DNA from: an uncultured cyanobacterium
GTDB taxonomy: Bacteria; Cyanobacteriota; Cyanobacteriia; Leptolyngbyales; Leptolyngbyaceae
DNA length: 64,000 nt
Reading direction: 5' to 3'
Assembly (NCBI GenBank): GCA_963766075.1
Contig: CAVYAN010000075.1
Span: forward strand, 1-64,000
Below, in pieces: positions 20,572 through 31,900 of the stretch. The notes beneath the pieces are model-generated. The model saw nothing but the letters and a program-made list of their open reading frames with translations. It did not search any database and was not told the DNA's origin. The translations under genes were made by a program, and so were the position numbers. Numbering within the stretch: the stretch's first letter is position 1; each line of letters starts with the position of its first letter.

Positions 20572-23145
20572 ATGTTTCAGGTAGCTTCCATGAACTTCCG
20601 ACTGTACTTGCGGCGCTGGTTGGTAATCAGTCTGAGTCTAATTGCTTTGGGCTTATCCATCGCGATGCATCCCGCTACGGCCACCCCGCCCACCGCCAAG
20701 AATGAGGCGGTGACAGTCCCCACTGTCCCATTCTTGGAGCAGGGGCGAGCGCTATATCAATCAGGCCGCTTTGTCGAAGCGATCGCCGCATGGAAACAAG
20801 CCGAACAACAGTATCGCCACACGGGTGATCGCCTCAACCAAGCCCTCGTCCTGAGCTACCTTTCCCTCGCTCAGCAGGATCTCACCCAGTGGCAAGCCGC
20901 CCAGGACTCAATTGATCAAAGTCTAAAACTGTTGAGCAGCGCCCAACCTGACGCACTGTCGTGGGCACAAGTCCTTAACGCCCAAGCCAGTCTGCTGCTC
21001 CACACAGGCAAGCCCGACGACGCTCTGAACACTTGGCAACAGGCCCAAAAATACTACGATCAAGCCGGCGATCGCCCCGGCAGTATCGGCAGTCAAATCA
21101 ATCAAGCCCAGGCCCTCCAAACTCTAGGCTATTACCGCCGTGCTCGTCAGCAGCTTGAAACCTTAAATCAAACCCTGGCCACGCTGCCCAATTCCACGAT
21201 CAAGGTCAGTGGCTTACGCACGCTCGGGGCCGCCCTGCAAACTGTTGGCGATAGTAGCAATAGCCAGACTGCTCTGGTAAAAAGTCTTGACATTGCCCGC
21301 CAAATCAACGCCCAAACCGAGCTGCATCCCATTCTGCTTAGCCTCGGTCAGTTGGCCGTTGCCGCTGATGATCCCGATGCCGCCCTAGAGTATTTCCAGC
21401 AAGCCGAACAAGCGACCACCAATCCCCTAGAGCAACTGCAAGCTCGCCTCGATCGCTTACAACTCTTAATAGAACATGGCCAAACTGACCAAGCCGCAGA
21501 ACTGGCGATCGCCCTAGCTGTCCAGATTCGGCAGCAATTCGTAGAACTGCCCGCCAGCCGCACCTCCCTCTACGGTGCCATTAACTTTGTTGCCCAGCTC
21601 AATAAACTTGAAGATCCAGCAAAGGTGTTGCCCCTCCAGGATCTCGCTCAACTCATGAGCAGCACTGTCCAGTCTGCCCGCCAACTCCAAGACGCCCCCG
21701 CCGAGGCCTACGCCCTCAATCAATGGGGCCAGTTGTACGATCGCACGCATCAATGGACCGAAGCTAAGGCCGTCATCGAAAAAGCGCTTACCATCGCCCG
21801 CAATCTACGGGCTGATGACATCATCGCCCAGTCCACTTGGGCGCTAGGGCAATTAGATCGTCAACAAGGCAATCGAGATTCTGCGATCGCACACTACACA
21901 GAGGCCGTGAAAGCCCTGCAAGCCATTCGAGGCGACTTGATTGCCACCAATCCGGATGTGCAATTCTCCTTTCGGGCCAGCGTCGAACCGGTCTATCGCC
22001 AATTGGTCGATTTGCTGCTAGCCAATCACCCGAATCAGGCAGAGCTGGTGCAGGCTCGGGGTCTCATCGAAGCATTACAGGTCGCAGAACTGGATAACTT
22101 CTTCCGGGAAGCCTGTCTCGACAAAACTCGCCAAATTGACCAAGTGGATCCCACAGCCACGGTCATCTATCCCATCATTCTGCCCGATCGCCTCGCCATC
22201 ATCCTGTCCACCACCGGGCAGCCTCTTCAATACTATGCCACCGCTAAACCCCAAGCCGATATCGAACAAACCCTGCGAGATTTGTTCAGCGCCCTCAGTC
22301 CAGCAGCCAACTCCCAAGTCCGTCAGCGCCTATCTGCCCAGGTGTATGACTGGCTTATTCGTCCGGCCGAAATGGATCACGCCCTGAAAAACACAAAAAC
22401 TTTGGTGTTTGTGCTTGATGGGCAGTTGCGTAATATTCCCATGTCGGCCTTGTATGACGGCAATCAATACCTCATTGAAAAATACGCCGTTACGCTTTCC
22501 CCAGGCTTGCAGTTAATGGCCGCCGCCTCTCTCAATGCAGATAAAATGGGCGTGATTGTGGGTGGGATTAGCCAATCCCATGCGGGCTTTGCTGCCCTGC
22601 CAGAGGTGGAATCTGAGGTCAAAAAAATTGCCCAAGCGGGGTCAATAGCCAAATTGCTCAACCAAGACTTTACCAGTGGGGCGATCGCGGATCACGTTAA
22701 AAATAGCCGAGCCAATGTCTTGCATCTAGCAACCCACGGACAATTTAGCTCACGCCTGGAAGACACCTTCCTACTCACCTGGGATGGCCGAGTCAATATT
22801 AAAGAGCTCTCGGAGCTACTCAAAAGCCGAGAAGGCTCATCTTCAAGGGCGATCGACCTTCTTGTCCTGAGTGCCTGCGATACAGCCACCGGGGACGATC
22901 GCGCAGTCCTGGGATTGGCAGGACTCGCCATCAAATCGGGTGCCCGCTCAACTCTCGCGACTCTCTGGCCCGTTAAAGACAAAGCCGCCGCCCAATTGAT
23001 GACGCGCTTTTACCAACAACTGCGCCAACCCGGTAGCACCAAAGCCCAAGCACTCCGCCAAGCCCAAATCGACCTGATTCAGAACACAGACTTCAAAGAG
23101 CCCTTCTTTTGGTCATCGTTTGTTTTAGTCGGTAACTGGCAATAG
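20572..23145 (+). CDS. TPR-CHAT domain protease with N-terminal signal peptide
   Basis: TPR helices; CHAT dyad LHLATHG and VLSAC; terminal FWSSFVLVGNW. Confidence 0.92.
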   Translation: MFQVASMNFRLYLRRWLVISLSLIALGLSIAMHPATATPPTAKNEAVTVPTVPFLEQGRALYQSGRFVEAIAAWKQAEQQYRHTGDRLNQALVLSYLSLAQQDLTQWQAAQDSIDQSLKLLSSAQPDALSWAQVLNAQASLLLHTGKPDDALNTWQQAQKYYDQAGDRPGSIGSQINQAQALQTLGYYRRARQQLETLNQTLATLPNSTIKVSGLRTLGAALQTVGDSSNSQTALVKSLDIARQINAQTELHPILLSLGQLAVAADDPDAALEYFQQAEQATTNPLEQLQARLDRLQLLIEHGQTDQAAELAIALAVQIRQQFVELPASRTSLYGAINFVAQLNKLEDPAKVLPLQDLAQLMSSTVQSARQLQDAPAEAYALNQWGQLYDRTHQWTEAKAVIEKALTIARNLRADDIIAQSTWALGQLDRQQGNRDSAIAHYTEAVKALQAIRGDLIATNPDVQFSFRASVEPVYRQLVDLLLANHPNQAELVQARGLIEALQVAELDNFFREACLDKTRQIDQVDPTATVIYPIILPDRLAIILSTTGQPLQYYATAKPQADIEQTLRDLFSALSPAANSQVRQRLSAQVYDWLIRPAEMDHALKNTKTLVFVLDGQLRNIPMSALYDGNQYLIEKYAVTLSPGLQLMAAASLNADKMGVIVGGISQSHAGFAALPEVESEVKKIAQAGSIAKLLNQDFTSGAIADHVKNSRANVLHLATHGQFSSRLEDTFLLTWDGRVNIKELSELLKSREGSSSRAIDLLVLSACDTATGDDRAVLGLAGLAIKSGARSTLATLWPVKDKAAAQLMTRFYQQLRQPGSTKAQALRQAQIDLIQNTDFKEPFFWSSFVLVGNWQ

Positions 23146-23451
23146 GAGTTTCTACAGCTCCTTGCACAAGTTCTGTACAAAAAGTGTTTAGCACCCACCG
23201 TAGATTTCCAGCGAACTCCAGATCAAGTAAATCGCTCAGTCCACTCTAAAAACCTCTCATGCTTTATCAGCATATTTACTGAATCAATCCATCTAAAAGA
23301 TACGTAAACTTCCTGCGGAATTCCACCGCTAGACTTCCTAGAATAGAGGTAGTGTCTCCCATTCAATTCGATTATGCAAGATCACTCTTGTCAGTCTGAG
23401 TTCAGTATTACGCTCACGTGTCTTGTATCTAATTTTGCAGCTAGGTTCAAT

Positions 23452-24366
23452 ATGATGAAACATCACAATCTTTTCAATATGGCGGTGGGCACAGTTGCCC
23501 TGATCGCCAGCAGCGCATGGATACCCGATGCCCATGCGGGTATGTTCGCGCCTCCCGCAGGTGGTGCGCCCAGTCAAGCGACAGGCGGGGCCTCGCGGGG
23601 TAGTTTATTCAAACCTTCCAGCCGCACCGCGCCCCAAGGGGCCACGGGCGGGGCCTCGCGGGGCAGTTTGTTCAAACCCAGTTCTAACCGCACCGCGCCC
23701 CAGCGCACTGCGGGTGGGGCGGCCCGTGGGCCTCTGTTTAGCACTCAGGGTGCCCCTAGTCAGGCGGCGGGTGGGGCCTCCCGTGCGGGTAGCTATCCTC
23801 TCAATTCAGAAATTGGCAGTACCACAGGCCCAGCAGCTTTGTTGGCAGTCTTGCCCCAGACCTTTTATGGCACAACGGTGGCAGAGCGCCCCACAATTCT
23901 GGTCTACGCGCCTGCTTCCAATGCGAGAGAAGTCCTGTTCAGCCTCAAAGATGAGGCTGGCAAAACCGTCCATGAAATGATGTTGCCCATCTCTGGAACT
24001 GCGGGCATTATGGCAGTGCAGCTCCCCGCCGAAGCTCCAGCATTGATCGTTGGCAAAAATTATCAGTGGTTTCTCGCTTTGATGGTGGATGGAGTCCTGA
24101 GCCCCAGCACACCCTACGTCGATGGGTGGATCCAGCGCATTCAGCCCAGTGCCACCATTACCGCCGCCCTGCAACAGCCCAATGCTTTGCAGCAGGCGAC
24201 AGTGTTGGGTGCAGAGGGGGTGTGGTACGACTGTGTAGCAACGTTGGCAACGTGGCATGGCAGCCAATCTGACAAGAGCGCACCCCTGAAGGATTGGGCC
24301 GATCTACTGACTTCTGTGGGGTTAAAAGAGATTGCCGCAGCGCCCGTTATTTCTGTAGTGAATTAG
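23452..24366 (+). CDS. DUF928 domain secreted protein
   Basis: Signal peptide ending in AHA; GGASRG repeats; GTTVAERPTILVY, GKNYQW, GWIQR, GVWYD, WADLLTSVGL. Confidence 0.88.
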   Translation: MMKHHNLFNMAVGTVALIASSAWIPDAHAGMFAPPAGGAPSQATGGASRGSLFKPSSRTAPQGATGGASRGSLFKPSSNRTAPQRTAGGAARGPLFSTQGAPSQAAGGASRAGSYPLNSEIGSTTGPAALLAVLPQTFYGTTVAERPTILVYAPASNAREVLFSLKDEAGKTVHEMMLPISGTAGIMAVQLPAEAPALIVGKNYQWFLALMVDGVLSPSTPYVDGWIQRIQPSATITAALQQPNALQQATVLGAEGVWYDCVATLATWHGSQSDKSAPLKDWADLLTSVGLKEIAAAPVISVVN

Positions 24367-24521
24367 TTTGTCCGGTGGCTCTGAGAAGTCGGAGGTTTGA
24401 TCCTTTGAAGAGCATGGTACCGCCGTGCTCTTCTTTATTTTCTCATTCTGATTTTCCCGTCTGGGGTTGCCTCTTTTTCTTTGGTTTTCTCGGTTCTTGA
24501 ACGTTTACTTTGGACTGCACC

Positions 24522-27335
24522 ATGGCGATGTGGCATAACCTTAAAATAGCGCTTCAACATCACAGCAGTATGTTGATGATCACGCCAAGCGTGGCGCTGA
24601 CGGTTTTGGCAGGGCAGTGGCTGGGCCTATTTAATCTACCCGAATGGAAGATTCGGGATGAACTATTTCGACTGCAATCCCTACCCGCCAGAGCTAACCC
24701 TGCGGCGGATGGCATTGTAGTAGTAACCATTGATGAAAAAGATATTCAATCGGTGCGCAAGTGGCCCATTCCTGATTGGGCTTTAGCGGATTTACTGGTT
24801 AAAATTCGTGCCCAAAAACCGCGCGCCATTGGCCTAGATCTCTATCGTGATTTGCCCGAAGATAAAGGCTATGCACAGCTCGAAAAAGTGTTCAAAACGA
24901 CTCCTAATTTGATTGGGGTGGAAAAGATCACAGGCGATCGCGTACCACCGCCGCCGATTTTAAAGCAGTTAGGACAGGTAGGATTTGCTGACTTGGTGCT
25001 AGACAGCGATCGCCATCTCCGTCGTGCCCTCCTGACTGCCGAAGATGCTAAAGATAACCACACCCTTAAAGCCGGTTTAGCCACACAAGTGGCCTTGAAG
25101 TACCTCGAGGCCGAGGGGATTTCCCTCGAAAGTATTAATACTGATCAGCAAAAATTTCAGTTGGGTAAAGTCACGTTTACACCGTTAAAAAGCCACGATG
25201 CTGGCTACAGTGACGCTGATCTGGGGGGCTATCAAATTCTGCTGAATTGGCGGGGTGCCGAAACAGCTTTTGAGCAAGTGACGATGCGGGATGTGCTGGC
25301 GAACCGGGTGCCTGCGAATTTAATGCAGGATCGGATGGTGTTCATTGGCTCGACCGCTACTAGTACCAATGATTTCTTTAATACACCCTATAGTTCTTCC
25401 TGGTTTTCTGCCCAACAGCCCACCGCAGGTGTGGTCGTTCATGCCAATATTGCCTATCACCTAGTGCAGGGTGCCAAGTATGGCCGGGGCAACCTAACCG
25501 GATTTTCGGGAAAGCAAAACTTTGTCTGGGTGAGTTTTTGGGCGCTATTAGGATCTGTGGGCAGTTGGGGGTTGGCCAACCGCACCCTCCGCCGCTCCTT
25601 GCCGGGGGGTACGGTATTCTGGGCGACTGGGGCGATCAGTGGCAGTATTGTCATCGGGGCATACTGGACTTTTATGGCCGGAGTACTGATCCCGGTGACT
25701 CCCGCTTTGTCGGCTGTGATAAGTAGCGTGGTGGCTACGGTGCTTGCTCATAAGCACCAAAAGCTAGAGGCCGCAAACCGGAAGTTGGGTGCAGCAAACT
25801 GGCAACTGGCCAAGGCCAATAATCAACTGCTGGACTATTCCAAAAATCTGGAAGCTAAGGTGGCGGAACGCACCCATGAATTAATGGAAGCCAAGCAGGT
25901 AGCCGATGCGGCCAATCAAGCTAAAAGTGAATTTTTGGCGAATATGAGCCACGAACTGCGTACGCCTTTAAATGGCATTTTGGGATTTGCCCAAGTGCTG
26001 GAGCGATCGCCGAACCTTGCGGCAAAGGATCAAGAAGGGGTCAGAATCATTCACCAATGTGGTGCCCACTTGCTACTCCTGATTAATGACATTTTGGATC
26101 TCTCTAAAATTGAAGCCCGTAAGCTGGATTTGCATCTAACTCCTGTGCATTTACCCGTTTTCCTGCAGGGTGTTGCGGAAATTTGCGGGGTGCGTGCCGA
26201 CCAGAAAGGCGTGAAGTTTCAGATGACCCTGGGCGATCGCCTGCCTGCGGGCATTCGTGCCGACGAAAAGCGTCTCCGCCAAGTTTTGATTAATTTATTA
26301 GGCAACGCAATTAAATTTACTGACCAGGGGAGTGTGACATTTCGGGTCTCTGCGCCTGGGGCCGATCAAGGTGAAGGTAAAGCCACGGGCGATACCTGCC
26401 GGTTGCGGTTCCAAATTGAAGATACGGGGGTAGGCATTTCTGCGGAACAACTTGCCCAAATCTTTCTCCCCTTTGAGCAGGCGGGGGAAAGTGGGCGCAA
26501 GGCTGAAGGCACAGGGTTGGGGCTCGCGATCAGTCAGAGAATTGTCGAGCTGATGGACAGTCAAATTCAGGTACAAAGCCAGGTGGGCGAAGGCACTATT
26601 TTTTGGCTGGAGGTGGAGTTTGAACTGGCCCGTGACTGGGATAGTCTGGCGGCAACCCCTCCTACTCAAAAAATTAGTGGAATCCGCGATCGCCAGCCGT
26701 TAGTGTTAGTGGTGGATGATGAGGCGCACCATCGCGAGATTGTCGCTACGCTATTGACCAATCTGGGCTTTCGGGTTCTGGAAGCGGGCGATGGTGCGGC
26801 GGGGTTGGAGCAAGCCATCAGCCACCAACCCGAGGCGATTCTGCTTGATTTGACCATGCCGGTGATGGATGGGTTTGAACTGATTCATCAGTTGCGGAAT
26901 CAGATTACCACCCAATCTGTGCCGATCTTGGTGACCAGTGCCAGCGCCTTTGACGTTGATCGCCAGCGGAGCCTGCAAGCAGGTGCCACTGTATTTTTGC
27001 CAAAGCCGTTGCAGATGGATAGTGTTTTAGCCGCACTGCAAAATGTACTGGCGTTGGACTGGATCTATGCTGATCAACCTAACCCAGAAGTACTCGCTCC
27101 TGTAGCCGCTTCATCCGAAATCGTGCTGCCCGATGAAGCTGTTTTAGAGCAACTCCATCATCTTGCCATGATGGGGGATATAGAGGCGATCGAGGGCATC
27201 CTAGATCAAGTTATAGAATCCAATCCCCAATGCACTGTTTTTGTCACTGCGCTGAGGAAACTCGCTGCAAACTACCAGACGGGTAAAATCCGAAGATTTA
27301 TTAAGCAATTTAAGACAACGGAATCCTATCTATGA
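24522..27335 (+). CDS. CHASE2-domain hybrid sensor histidine kinase
   Basis: CHASE2 ([24 protein letters not shown]), TM helices, [24 protein letters not shown] domain. Confidence 0.93.
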   Translation: MAMWHNLKIALQHHSSMLMITPSVALTVLAGQWLGLFNLPEWKIRDELFRLQSLPARANPAADGIVVVTIDEKDIQSVRKWPIPDWALADLLVKIRAQKPRAIGLDLYRDLPEDKGYAQLEKVFKTTPNLIGVEKITGDRVPPPPILKQLGQVGFADLVLDSDRHLRRALLTAEDAKDNHTLKAGLATQVALKYLEAEGISLESINTDQQKFQLGKVTFTPLKSHDAGYSDADLGGYQILLNWRGAETAFEQVTMRDVLANRVPANLMQDRMVFIGSTATSTNDFFNTPYSSSWFSAQQPTAGVVVHANIAYHLVQGAKYGRGNLTGFSGKQNFVWVSFWALLGSVGSWGLANRTLRRSLPGGTVFWATGAISGSIVIGAYWTFMAGVLIPVTPALSAVISSVVATVLAHKHQKLEAANRKLGAANWQLAKANNQLLDYSKNLEAKVAERTHELMEAKQVADAANQAKSEFLANMSHELRTPLNGILGFAQVLERSPNLAAKDQEGVRIIHQCGAHLLLLINDILDLSKIEARKLDLHLTPVHLPVFLQGVAEICGVRADQKGVKFQMTLGDRLPAGIRADEKRLRQVLINLLGNAIKFTDQGSVTFRVSAPGADQGEGKATGDTCRLRFQIEDTGVGISAEQLAQIFLPFEQAGESGRKAEGTGLGLAISQRIVELMDSQIQVQSQVGEGTIFWLEVEFELARDWDSLAATPPTQKISGIRDRQPLVLVVDDEAHHREIVATLLTNLGFRVLEAGDGAAGLEQAISHQPEAILLDLTMPVMDGFELIHQLRNQITTQSVPILVTSASAFDVDRQRSLQAGATVFLPKPLQMDSVLAALQNVLALDWIYADQPNPEVLAPVAASSEIVLPDEAVLEQLHHLAMMGDIEAIEGILDQVIESNPQCTVFVTALRKLAANYQTGKIRRFIKQFKTTESYL

Positions 27336-28651
27336 TCAACGACAGTCACGGATCATCCACGCGCATCCTGCTGGTTGATGATAATGCCACAAATCTAAAA
27401 GTGCTTTCAGAAGCACTGCGTGGGCAGGGTTGGACAACTCTAGTTGCTGATGATGGGGAATCAGCCCTGGAGCAAGTTGAGTATGCATTACCCGATTTGA
27501 TTCTGCTGGATGTCATGATGCCAGGAATCGATGGATTTGAGACTTGCCAGCGATTAAAGGCAAATCCGGCAACCGCAGCGATTCCAATTATTTTCACAAC
27601 GGCACTCTCTGATGCTGTGGATAAGGTGAAGGGCTTGGAACTGGGTGCGGTGGATTACATTACCAAACCGTTTCAGCAGGAAGAGGCGATCGCCCGCGTC
27701 AAGCTCCATTTAAAGCTTTCGCACTTGACCCAAACTTTGGAGCAGCAAGTAGAAGCCCGCACAGCGGAACTGTCGCGATCGCTGCAGCAGTTGCAGAAAA
27801 CCCAGTTGCAGCTCGTACAAAGCGAAAAAATGTCTGCCTTAGGGCAGCTTGTGGCTGGAATTGGCCATGAGATTAATAATCCGATAAATTTCATCACCGG
27901 TAACCTGACACATATCAATGGATACACGGAAAACTTATTCCAACTCATCGATCTTTATCAGGAGAAGCTGCCCCAGCCTGATCCGAATATCAGCGAGTTA
28001 ATGGAAGAGATCGACTTGGACTATCTCCGGGAAGACTTGGTTAAATTAATGAACTCCATGCAGGAGGGTATTAAACGTCTCCAAGAGATCAGCTTGTCTC
28101 TGCGCACCTTTGCCCGGGCTGATATGAGCCTGAATAAGAGTGAGTTTCAGGTCCATGAGGGATTAGATAGCACATTATTGCTGCTGAAGCATCGTACAAA
28201 GGGCAATCAACGTCGTCCGGAAATTCAAATCATCAAGGACTATGGCAACTTGCCGCCGATTAATTGCTATCCTGGGCAGTTGAATCAAGTCTTTATGAAT
28301 ATTATTGCCAATGCAATTGATGCGATCGATGAACTGAGTCTGACTCGCACCTATGGAGCTGCCATCCAAGACCCCAATACAATTACCATTCGGACAGCAC
28401 TGACTGTGGCCCGAGATAGCATTATCCTTTCGATTCGAGATAACGCTGCTGGCATGCCTCCAGAGGTCCAAGCGCAAATTTTTGAGCCGACCTTCACCAC
28501 AAAGGCTGTGGGCAAGGGGACAGGGCTGGGCCTGCCGATTAGCTATCAAATTATTGTGGAGAAGCATGGTGGGAAATTAGAGTGCCTCTCTACCCCTGCG
28601 GGGGACACAGATTTTAGAGGCACAGAATTCATCATTACGTTGCCTTGCTAA
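27332..28651 (+). CDS. Response regulator-histidine kinase hybrid
   Basis: REC (LLVDD, LLDVMMP, KPF), GHEINNP H-box, [12 protein letters not shown] overlap with the upstream gene. Confidence 0.93.
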   Translation: MINDSHGSSTRILLVDDNATNLKVLSEALRGQGWTTLVADDGESALEQVEYALPDLILLDVMMPGIDGFETCQRLKANPATAAIPIIFTTALSDAVDKVKGLELGAVDYITKPFQQEEAIARVKLHLKLSHLTQTLEQQVEARTAELSRSLQQLQKTQLQLVQSEKMSALGQLVAGIGHEINNPINFITGNLTHINGYTENLFQLIDLYQEKLPQPDPNISELMEEIDLDYLREDLVKLMNSMQEGIKRLQEISLSLRTFARADMSLNKSEFQVHEGLDSTLLLLKHRTKGNQRRPEIQIIKDYGNLPPINCYPGQLNQVFMNIIANAIDAIDELSLTRTYGAAIQDPNTITIRTALTVARDSIILSIRDNAAGMPPEVQAQIFEPTFTTKAVGKGTGLGLPISYQIIVEKHGGKLECLSTPAGDTDFRGTEFIITLPC

Positions 28652-28922
28652 GTCGGGGCTAAATCGGGGCTAAATCGGGGCTAAATTAGGGACAGTTCTG
28701 GTCTATCACCATGCCCTTTCACCATGCCCCGTGCCTTCACCGCTCGATTATTCTTCCGCCTTTGTCAAATAGATGTCCAATAGGACTACCGTTTCTGGAA
28801 TAGGCGATACTCAATCGCTAGGATCGAGCTTGTCACCGCAAGACTTATCTAAAGATTTATTGATCGTCGCGGAACCCTTGCCTTCTAACCTGTAGGAATA
28901 GAATCATCCCCCATGTTATATC

Positions 28923-31900
28923 GTGGGCAATGCAGGAGTGGGTAGAGGGATTATGGCGATCTTCAGCAAACGTACGATCGGGCTGATCAGAAAGCTGAGG
29001 GCAGCGCTGATGGGGCAGATGCTAACCCAGGATCAGCATTCTGACGTTGGGCGGGTTGGGGTTAAGAAATTTAGCATCAAAAAATGGATTCCCCTGGTGC
29101 TCCTGTCTATGACGCTAGGCTTGACGCTAGGGGTGGGGTTAGGGGGCTGCGATCGCGCCAAACTCTCTCCTGGTAGTGATCCCCTGCCCATCGTCTCTCC
29201 TCTCCGGGCTCGCCAACTGCCTGACTGGATTGAAGACATTAGCCCCACGGGAGAAGCCAAACCCACGGACCAAATCCGGATCCGGTTTAAGTATCCCTTA
29301 ATCCCTGTGGAAAGTCTCGAAAGCGACGATTTGAAAGATCTCCTGCAAAAATTTGAAGTACTCCCGCCGCTGCCCGGTCAGTTTCGCTTTCTGACGCCTC
29401 GGATGGTTGGGTTTCAGGCGGATCAAGCCCTGCCCAAATCCACCCGCATTAAGATCACCCTCAAATCCGGACTGAGCGATCGCAGCAACCACCGCCTTAC
29501 CCAAGACTTTGAATGGACCTTTAATACCGAATCAATTAATATTACCGACCTGCCCGGTTCAGACCAGGGCAATGAGCCCTTTGAATTAAAACCAGTTCTG
29601 AAATTCACCTCGAATGTGGAATTAGACCTGGGTAGTTTGGGCGATCGCCTCAGCCTTACCCCCGTGGATTCCAAAACGGCTGTTCCGGTAAAGATCAGCC
29701 TCGCAGAACAGCAGAAACTCCCCTCCGAATCGGGAGACAGCCCCGAAGCCCAGTTTGATCCCAGTGTTAAAACTTGGAAATACAACGCCACCCCTCAACA
29801 AATCCTCAGCAAGGACACCTCCTATCGCTTCGCCATTGCACCGGGTGTGCGCCCCATTGGTGGCAACCTCGCCAGTGAAACGCTCTTCGCGACCCAAATC
29901 AAAACCTATGCGCCCTTGGTCTTTAAAGAACTAACCCCGGTGGGCCTCCCCGATGCCAGCGGGACTCCTGGGCGCTTTACCCAAGGGGCGGCTAGCCTAC
30001 AGTTCAACAACGGTCTAGAGAGTGAATCAGCCCTGGCAACCATTCACCTGGAACCGACCCCAAAAGCCGCGATCGCCCCTCTGCGTGTCTACGATGGCGA
30101 ATCTAGCGTCAATTTAAATCCTTGGGCATTGGAACCCGACACGACCTATACGATTAAAATCGGCAGCGATCTGAAGGATAAGTATGGGCAAACCCTGGGT
30201 AAGCCCATGACTCTTACCTATAAAACCGGCGACGTTGCCCCGGATCTGTGGGTGCCCTCAGGGCTTAATATTTTCCCTGCTGTAACTAATTCCGCATCCT
30301 TACAAGGGGTGGGGGAATCGTCTCAAGTCAACTCTTCCGGTGGAAAATCTGCTGAAACAGTTTCCCCAACGGTCCAGTCCCCAACGGTGAACTCCCCGAC
30401 AGTGAAGCCTGGGAGTACAAAAACTGTCCCGGAAAAACCTGTTGGAACCGCTGTTGGAACCTCAACGCCCAAAGTCTCAACTCCGGCAGCAACGCCCCCA
30501 GCTCCCTTACAGTTGAATATCTCAACGGTCAATCTTTCGAGTTATAAGGCGGCCTTTGCTGAGGTGAGTCCTACGGATCTGGTTTTCACCGATACCGCCT
30601 ATCCCCAAGACAATGGCATTAACCTATTGCCTGCCCCCAGTGCTTGGAAGTCTACCGCCGTTGCGACTGCCCCCAACCAGTCGATCGACACTGCCATCCC
30701 CATTCAGAAACAACTGGGCAAAGCCACCGGACTCCTCGCCTACGGTGTGCAGGCACGGACAAATTCATACATTGAAAACAAAAAACAGCTTTGGCATGAG
30801 CCCCTGATTTATGGCATGGTGCAACTGACGAATCTGGGTGTCTTTGCCCAGTGGTTCCCCGACTCTGGGTTAGTGCGGGTGCATCACCTTGATACGGGCG
30901 CAGCCGCCCCAAATGTCAGTGTCCAAATCTATTTGTCCAAGCTTGGTACCAAATCCCTTCTGCCCCCGTCCCCCTGTGCTACCGGCACCACCAATAGCGT
31001 AGGCATGTGGGAACTCGATCGCACGGCGCTCCAGCGGTGCATCGGCAAAGCTAGTGGTGGATTTGCCAAGCCGCCGGAACTGCTAGTGATCGCCCAGGAA
31101 AAGGAAGACTGGGCCTTTACGCGCACCTACGAATACAGCGGAGCTTACGAATACGGCTTAGATGCAGGCTGGAGCGATGGCAAACCGGAATCACGGGGCA
31201 TTATTTTCAGCGATCGCCAACTGTATCAACCGGGCGAAACGGCCTACTTCACCACCGCCGCCTACTACCTGCAAAATGGCAGTCTCAAGCAGGACAAACA
31301 AGTCCCCTATAGCCTCACCCTGAAGGATCCCAACGGGCAAACTAAACTCCTGCCGCCTCAAACCACGAATGCCTTTGGCACGTTCTCCTTCAACCTGCCC
31401 TTGGATAAAACCCAACCCTTGGGCTACTACACCCTCACCGCCACCAGTGCTGCTGGCGTCGAAATTACGGGAGAATTTCGCATTGCTGAATTTAAACCTC
31501 CCAACTTCAAAGTGGAACTCAGCCTTGAAGGCGGACGCAAGCTAGATTCTGGGGCGGCAAATCAAAATTCAAAATTCAAAATTCAAAATTCCGCAGCGGT
31601 GGGACAGGCTGGCGGAGCCTCGCCAGCGGAAACCGCGCCTAGCCTCATCGCATTGCCAAAGGATAAATTGACAGCGACAACACAGAGTAACTACCTGTTT
31701 GGCGCAGCGCTGGCTGGGGGCAAAACCGAATACTTTGTCACCCGCCAGAAAACCGAATTTATCCCCGGTTCGTGGCAGGAATTTGCCTTTGGGCGGCAAT
31801 GGTTTTGGCCGGAACAGGCACCAACCCTGGCGAGTGAGGTGCAGCAGACGGCACAGGAGATTGATGCGAAGGGCCAAAGCCGGGAAACCGTGACAGTGGA

